Below are positions 58,728-64,000 of a DNA stretch of 64,000 nucleotides, one piece after another (within the stretch, counting starts at the first letter, position 1; each line of letters begins with the position of its first letter). The stretch is from Chthoniobacterales bacterium (GTDB taxonomy: Bacteria; Verrucomicrobiota; Verrucomicrobiia; Chthoniobacterales; Chthoniobacteraceae). The DNA lies in NCBI GenBank assembly GCA_038207335.1, contig JBBQZX010000017.1, forward strand, positions 32,001-96,000, in the 5' to 3' direction. Made by a program: the position numbers and the translations under genes. The notes under the pieces are model-generated. The model saw nothing but the letters and a program-made list of their open reading frames with translations. It did no database searches and was not told the DNA's origin.

Positions 58728-59438
58728 CTAGGAGAGCTTCTTGGAAATTGCAGTCAGGTTGGTTTTGGAAGAGGTCACCACCGCGGTCGTCCCCGCGGCG
58801 GTGGCGATGCAGAGCATCTTCTTTTCAGGACCGATGAGTTGCGCCTCGAAGAGCCCCTCGATGCCGAGAGCGGCGCCGACGTGCACGAGGAGTTGCGAGG
58901 CATAGGCGATGGCACTGTGGAGCGCCTCGGGGTCGTCCCCCTTGGCCTCCAGAAGTTCGTCGTCCACGGAGAATTGCACCGCATTCAGGATTTCGGGATC
59001 GTCAAATAGAGTCATATCGAGCGTTTCAATCATAGGAGCAGGTGGTAGTGGAAAAAGGGTGACAGTGCTGGTCGCGTGGACTTTTTCGTCGTGGTAGTGG
59101 GCGGCCTCCATCAGCAGATTTTCCCAGGGCCGCGTGATCGTTTCGTCGAGGGCCCGGACGCCGTCTTCCAGCGAGAAGGCCCCGCGCGTCCACGTCATCA
59201 TCTCGAACAGCGCCTCCTGCCCCGCGAGCCCGCCGACTTCCGCGTGGACGATCTGCCCGCCGGTCACGTAGATGCGCCCGACTACATCGCCGCGATCCAC
59301 GCGGATCATGCGGGTGTGCATTCCGAGGCATTCCATCTGCACGAGATTGTGCAGATTTGCTGAGACCATGACTCCCTCGAAGCCTTTCGTCGCGGGCTCT
59401 TCATCGCTGGATGGCAGGGCGGAGCGGCTGGCGTTCAT
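58728..59438 (-). CDS. DUF4388 (PATAN-like) domain protein with C-terminal Roadblock-like domain
   Basis: FEG....L..LVQM, GRIY..GGQIVHA..G.L.G.EAL.EM..W..G.F, LLMEAA; the C-terminal ~95 aa has a Roadblock-like alpha/beta pattern. Confidence 0.8.
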   Translation of the reverse strand: MNASRSALPSSDEEPATKGFEGVMVSANLHNLVQMECLGMHTRMIRVDRGDVVGRIYVTGGQIVHAEVGGLAGQEALFEMMTWTRGAFSLEDGVRALDETITRPWENLLMEAAHYHDEKVHATSTVTLFPLPPAPMIETLDMTLFDDPEILNAVQFSVDDELLEAKGDDPEALHSAIAYASQLLVHVGAALGIEGLFEAQLIGPEKKMLCIATAAGTTAVVTSSKTNLTAISKKLS

Positions 59439-59635
59439 AGGATTGGCGGTGAAGTAGTTTCGCGAATATTTCGGCGAATCCCGTCTAAGCAGCAGCGGTG
59501 CCAGATGTAGCCGCGAGCCGGAGATTGTGTAAAATAGCGGCTTCCCGGCCCACTCAACTTTGCGACCGCGTGGAGTTTCCCGCGCCTTTCGACCGCTCTA
59601 TAAGATGGCTTCGCGCCACGCGAGAAGCTTCACCG

Positions 59636-61162
59636 TCACGGAATAAGCGCATGCCGAAATGTCCAGAACGTCCACGGATCGCGCTTCATTTCGGAGAGTT
59701 TGCGTCTCGCGGGGAGCAGGCCCTCGTGCAAGACGAGCTTCAAATCGTCGATGACCGCCTTGACTCCGAAGTATGTATGGTTGAGCCCGAGTTGGTCGAA
59801 ATCGACATCGGACGCGTCGATCGTGTCGAGACCGTCGGCGAGGAAGAGCGCTGTCCCGGCGAGGCCGAGCGGCGGAAAGCTGCTGAACTTTTGCGAAGCC
59901 TCCAGAGCCCGGTCGTGTGAAGAAGCGTAGAGGGTGGTGTGGCGCGCGGGGCCGCGCATGCTGGCCCATCGCGTGTCTGAAAATCCGTATGCCGGCACGT
60001 CAGGCGCGGCCATCACGACTTCATCGATGATCGGCTTGTCGGGCGAAATCCGCGCGAGAGTCTGAAGCGCATCGACGAGCGCGCGATTTCCCATGCTGTG
60101 CGCGACGACATTGATGCGCCTCGCTCCGGCAGCGCGGGTGTGGTCGATAACGTCTTGGAGAAAAGTGGTGAACCGCGTGGATGTCGCGGCGACGGCGACC
60201 TCGTCGTGCTTGTAGCCGATAGGTGACCATGAGCCTTTCGACGACCAACTGTAGAGGACGGGGACGCCGTTGAAGCCCATGTCGTAGGCGAGGACGGCGA
60301 TACGGCTGGCGGCGTCGTCGAAGGTGTTGTTGAAGCCGTGAATGAACACGAGCACCTCGCGCTCGGTCTCGGGGCGACGAGCGACTTCGCGCTCGAGCCG
60401 GGCGAAGAACTGGTCTTTTGCCGAGAGGAGCGGCTTTTCCACGATGACGTGTTTCTTCGGGTTTTCGGGGAGGCTGATGCCGAAAATGGAGAACGGCTTT
60501 TCGACTTCGTTCACCTCGTGCTCGGCGATGGGGATGCTGACCTGGCAGACGCCGTAATGGAACTCGAGCCGCCCATCGGCACGTGTGTCGCCAAACCACT
60601 TCGGCTGCCGCTCGCTCTGCGTCCACTCGCGGTCGGTGGCAAAATTGATGGTGACTCGGCCGGTCGCGACCGGCGGGGGCGCGGGGGCGGCAGCGCCCAC
60701 TGCCGGAGGCGGAGCGACAACCGACGGCGGCTCTGCGGCGGGTGGAGTGGCAGTTTCGCCGCGCACTGCCGTGGGCATGCGAGGCCGACTTTCGTCGCGC
60801 GACATTGCGGGCACCTGCTCGACCACGTCGATCTGATGCGGTTGCGAAGCCATTTTCACGAACTTCCGGGGCTTCTCGGGCATTCCCTCGCCGACCGCGA
60901 CGGGTTCATGGCGCTCCTCCGCTCTCGTGGCATCCCGCTCGACGGGCTCAGCGGCGGCATCGGGCTTTGCTTGGTCGGCCATTTCGATTCCACCGCCGAC
61001 TGGCTCGACGCTCGCGGGCGCGCGCCCCGCGCCGCTTTTTGTCGCTCCCTCGGATGACGCGTGCGGCGGCGCTTTCGAGAGAGGAGCCCTCATGCAACCC
61101 GCAACCAGCGTGGCAAAAGCCAGCAACGCCCAAACCGTCCGGAGATGAAGGGGTAATTTCAT
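59636..61162 (-). CDS. DUF900-type alpha/beta hydrolase lipoprotein
   Basis: Lipobox LVAGC, long Pro/Ala linker, FATDR, VFIHGFNN, AHSMGNR, AAPD, HTYF. Confidence 0.85.
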   Translation of the reverse strand: MKLPLHLRTVWALLAFATLVAGCMRAPLSKAPPHASSEGATKSGAGRAPASVEPVGGGIEMADQAKPDAAAEPVERDATRAEERHEPVAVGEGMPEKPRKFVKMASQPHQIDVVEQVPAMSRDESRPRMPTAVRGETATPPAAEPPSVVAPPPAVGAAAPAPPPVATGRVTINFATDREWTQSERQPKWFGDTRADGRLEFHYGVCQVSIPIAEHEVNEVEKPFSIFGISLPENPKKHVIVEKPLLSAKDQFFARLEREVARRPETEREVLVFIHGFNNTFDDAASRIAVLAYDMGFNGVPVLYSWSSKGSWSPIGYKHDEVAVAATSTRFTTFLQDVIDHTRAAGARRINVVAHSMGNRALVDALQTLARISPDKPIIDEVVMAAPDVPAYGFSDTRWASMRGPARHTTLYASSHDRALEASQKFSSFPPLGLAGTALFLADGLDTIDASDVDFDQLGLNHTYFGVKAVIDDLKLVLHEGLLPARRKLSEMKRDPWTFWTFRHALIP

Positions 61163-61461
61163 GCGAACCTCGCGCGAATTTGAACCAGAATTCCAGCGAT
61201 TCAGCAATGCAGATCTGCCGCTTGGAGAGTCGAAGATTTCACTGCCGAGGTGCCGGAGACGTGGAAGCGGGAGACCGCGCGGAGTTTGAACTAAAACGGT
61301 CCAGAAGCTCCAAATAGGTGCGATTTTCTCCAGGAATGCAGAGTCACTAGAATAGCCGCGTCTCCGCATCTCCTCGGTCGGAGGTTTCATTCACATCGGA
61401 TTGGATGCGCGGGAAGGTTGGTCTTGCCGGAGAAGGAGCGCGTGAGTTTAGTCGCGGGCTC

Positions 61462-62472
61462 ATGATCGTTACTACCGCCGACCTTTACAAAGTGGCCTAC
61501 GGCAAATTCGCTGTCGGGGCCTACAATATCAATAATGCCGAGCAGACGATGGGGCTCTTCCGGGGCTGCATCGAGAGTCAGGCACCGTTCATCATCCAGA
61601 TCTCGAAGGGGGCGCGGAAGTACACGGAGAAGCGGATGCTGGAGGCGATCATCCGCTCGGCGAGTGAGATTTTCCCGGATGCGATTTTCGCGGTGCATCT
61701 GGATCATGGGGATGAATCGACGTGCTATGACTGCATTGATTCGGGGTTTTACTCGTCGGTGATGATCGATGCGTCGCACGAGAGCTTTGAGGAGAATGTG
61801 GCGATCACGAAGCGGGTGGTGGATCGGGCGCACGCGCGCGGGATCAGTGTGGAGGCGGAGCTTGGGATGCTGGGGGGCGTGGAGGAGGACATCGCGGTGG
61901 ATGAGGGGAATGCGTGCCTGACAAATCCGGAGGAGGCTGTGGAGTTCATCGAAAAGACGGGGTGCGATGCGCTGGCGGCGGCGATCGGGACGAGCCACGG
62001 GGCGTATAAATTCAAGGGGCAGCAGTCGCTGCATTTCGAGGTGATCGAGGGAATCCGCGACCAACTGGCGGCGGCGGGGATGCCTCCGACGCCGATCGTG
62101 ATGCACGGGAGCTCGAGTGTGCCGGTGGATGAGGTGGCGCGGATCAACGCGGCGGGCGGGACGCTGGACCCGAGCGCGCGCGGTGTGAATGAGGAGGAGT
62201 ATCTGCCGGCGGCGAAGCTGGGAGTGACGAAGGTGAATATCGACACGGATGGGCGGCTGGTGTGGACGCGGGTGCACCGGGAGTATTTCCACAGCAAGCC
62301 GGGAGAGTTCGATTTTCGCCCGCCGGGGATCATTTTCATGAATGAGTACGCGGCATTCATCGCGCGGAAAAACGTGAAGCTGGGCTCGGCCGGAAAGCTG
62401 GCGGATGTGCGGGCATTTCTCGGGCGGCAGGCGCAGGACGCTGTGGCGCAGGCGGCGATGGCGGCGCTATGA
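61462..62472 (+). CDS. fba: Class II fructose-bisphosphate aldolase
   Basis: AVGAYNIN, VHLDHG, SSVMIDASH, EAELG, GTSHGAYK, MHGSSS, KVNIDTD. Confidence 0.96.
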   Translation: MIVTTADLYKVAYGKFAVGAYNINNAEQTMGLFRGCIESQAPFIIQISKGARKYTEKRMLEAIIRSASEIFPDAIFAVHLDHGDESTCYDCIDSGFYSSVMIDASHESFEENVAITKRVVDRAHARGISVEAELGMLGGVEEDIAVDEGNACLTNPEEAVEFIEKTGCDALAAAIGTSHGAYKFKGQQSLHFEVIEGIRDQLAAAGMPPTPIVMHGSSSVPVDEVARINAAGGTLDPSARGVNEEEYLPAAKLGVTKVNIDTDGRLVWTRVHREYFHSKPGEFDFRPPGIIFMNEYAAFIARKNVKLGSAGKLADVRAFLGRQAQDAVAQAAMAAL

Positions 62473-62816
62473 AGACGCTGACCGCAATCACGGGAGCTGC
62501 GCTGCTGCTGGTGTCGCAGGCGTTGGCGGGGCCGGAGATGCCGATCGAGCAGGCGCTGAAGATCGCGACGGATTATCTGCGCGAGGCGGGGCTGGCGAAG
62601 GAGCACACGATCACTTCGCTGGCGCTGGAGTCGGGCTCGCTGCTGAAGAAGGATCTGCGGTGGGTGGCGCAGTTCAGTCCGGCGATCGACCGGGGTGAGC
62701 GGAAGGAGACGGGGCTGCAAATTTCGCCGAATGGGGATGTCGCACGGATCGTGTCGCAGACCGTGCGCGAGCGGACGCAGGATACGTCGAAGCGCGGGGC
62801 GCGCGCGATGCGGTGA
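62469..62816 (+). CDS. Exported hypothetical protein
   Basis: Sec signal (SQALA); ATGA overlap with fba. Confidence 0.7.
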   Translation: MKTLTAITGAALLLVSQALAGPEMPIEQALKIATDYLREAGLAKEHTITSLALESGSLLKKDLRWVAQFSPAIDRGERKETGLQISPNGDVARIVSQTVRERTQDTSKRGARAMR

Positions 62817-62828
62817 CGGCGGCGTCCG

Positions 62829-63662
62829 ATGGAACTGCTCGCTCCGGCGAAGATTAACCTGTCCCTCGCGGTGAGGGGGCGGCGGGAGGACGGGTATCAC
62901 GAGATCGACACGCTGATGTGCCCGGTGTCGGTCTTCGACCGGCTCACGATCGAGGCGCGGGATGAGGGCGGGCTGGAGTTCACGTGCGACGACGCGACCA
63001 TCCCGTCGGATGACTCGAATCTCGTGGTGCGCGCCGCGAGGCTTTTCTGCGCGGAGGCTGGGATCGAGCCGCACCTGAGCATCGCACTTTCAAAGCAAAT
63101 CCCGCACGGCGCGGGGCTCGGCGGCGGCAGCAGCGACGCGGCGACGACGCTGCTCGCGCTGAATGCGATTTTCGAGACGCTCCTGTCGCGCGAGTCGCTC
63201 GCCGACATGGCCGCGCAGCTCGGGTCGGACGTGCCGTTTTTCGTCTTCCAGTCCGCAGCTATCTGCCGCGGGCGCGGGGAGGAAGTCGTGCCCTTTGAGT
63301 TCAAGGAGCAACTCGCGCTGCTGCTCATCAAGCCGCCGTTCGAGGTGCCGACGCCGTGGGCTTACAGCCGGTGGAAGGATTCGCTCGAGGTGCCCGGGAT
63401 TTCCTACACGCCACAGGTTTTTGATTGGGGGCTGCTGTCGAACGACCTCGAGCGGCCGGTTTTCGAGAAGTATCTTTTCCTCGCTCAGCTCAAGCAATGG
63501 CTGCTCGCGCAGCCGGAAGTCGCAGGTGCGCTGATGTCCGGCTCGGGTGCGACCGTTTTCGCCATGCTGCACGAGAAGCAAGCAGGGACGGCCCTCGGCG
63601 AGCGACTGGCGGAGAATTTCGGGACCGATCTTTGGGTGTACCTCTGCGATACGATCGCGTGA
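62829..63662 (+). CDS. ispE: 4-diphosphocytidyl-2-C-methyl-D-erythritol kinase
   Basis: APAKINL, R.DGYHE, KQIP.GAGLGGGSSDAA, LGSDVPFF, MSGSG. Confidence 0.96.
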   Translation: MELLAPAKINLSLAVRGRREDGYHEIDTLMCPVSVFDRLTIEARDEGGLEFTCDDATIPSDDSNLVVRAARLFCAEAGIEPHLSIALSKQIPHGAGLGGGSSDAATTLLALNAIFETLLSRESLADMAAQLGSDVPFFVFQSAAICRGRGEEVVPFEFKEQLALLLIKPPFEVPTPWAYSRWKDSLEVPGISYTPQVFDWGLLSNDLERPVFEKYLFLAQLKQWLLAQPEVAGALMSGSGATVFAMLHEKQAGTALGERLAENFGTDLWVYLCDTIA

Positions 63663-63676
63663 TCGGGGCACCGAAG

Positions 63677-64000
63677 TCAGCGTTCGCGCGATGCAAGTTC
63701 GCCGTTCGGCGGGTGCTCGAAGCCGTAGGTGAGCAGCTCCATGCTGTCCTCCCAGATGCCCGGTTTATCCGTGTGCATCACGACGGCGATCACCTCGCGG
63801 GCGTCGCGCACCGCAGCGCTCACGAGGACCTGTTGCGCCGGATTCGTGTAGCCGGTTTTCACGCCGGTGCAGCCGGCGAAACGCGCGAGCAGGCGGTTGT
63901 GATTGTAGAGATCACGCACCTCGAACTCGGTGACCCAAGGGTGCTTTTGGGTCCCGACGATCTCGCGGAAAAGCGGTTGCTGCATGGCAGCGCGCGCGAT
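63677..64000 (-). CDS. D-alanyl-D-alanine carboxypeptidase (peptidase S11), 5' end outside window
   Basis: NHNRLL...GVKTGYT..A motif of LMW PBPs. Confidence 0.85.
   Translation of the reverse strand: MARAAMQQPLFREIVGTQKHPWVTEFEVRDLYNHNRLLARFAGCTGVKTGYTNPAQQVLVSAAVRDAREVIAVVMHTDKPGIWEDSMELLTYGFEHPPNGELASRER

Noticed and set aside
61163..61461. 300-nt intergenic region / extended hydrolase N-terminus
   Set aside because: The lipoprotein signal begins at 61162. I found no convincing structure or repeat upstream.
1..64000. CRISPR array, IS/transposase, prophage, rRNA or tRNA genes
   Set aside because: No regularly spaced repeats, mobile-element proteins or structural RNA signatures recognised.

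Overview
GC-rich bacterial chromosomal segment, most consistent with Verrucomicrobiota (Spartobacteria/Chthoniobacter-like). That assignment is inferred from the MurC-MurB fusion, the LysM gene inside the dcw cluster and a TGTTC-N4-GAACA LexA box. About 1.2-20 kb is a complete minus-strand division/cell-wall cluster (mraZ-rsmH-ftsL-ftsI-murE-murF-mraY-murD-lysM-ftsW-murG-murC/B-ddl-ftsQ-ftsA-ftsZ). The rest is housekeeping (efp, aroC, prs-rplY-pth-rpsF-ssb, lexA-dinB, tyrA-aroA-cmk-plsC, fba, ispE) interleaved with accessory loci: a giant membrane patatin, a transglutaminase/DUF2126 trio, a galM/galU-like/sugar kinase-pyrophosphorylase fusion locus, and a DUF4388-Roadblock + Roadblock pair. 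I saw no rRNA, tRNA, CRISPR array, transposase or prophage. The most unusual signals are: an FtsA ending in a predicted transmembrane helix next to an FtsZ with a degenerate T7 catalytic loop; a two-Roadblock module with no GTPase; a kinase-UDP-sugar pyrophosphorylase salvage fusion; a Ser-less ACP-like protein; a candidate terminator/antiterminator switch ahead of tyrA-aroA; GTAG-type REP/REPIN repeats; and kilobase-scale GC-skew domains that ignore gene orientation. All protein calls come from motif recognition by eye, not database searches.
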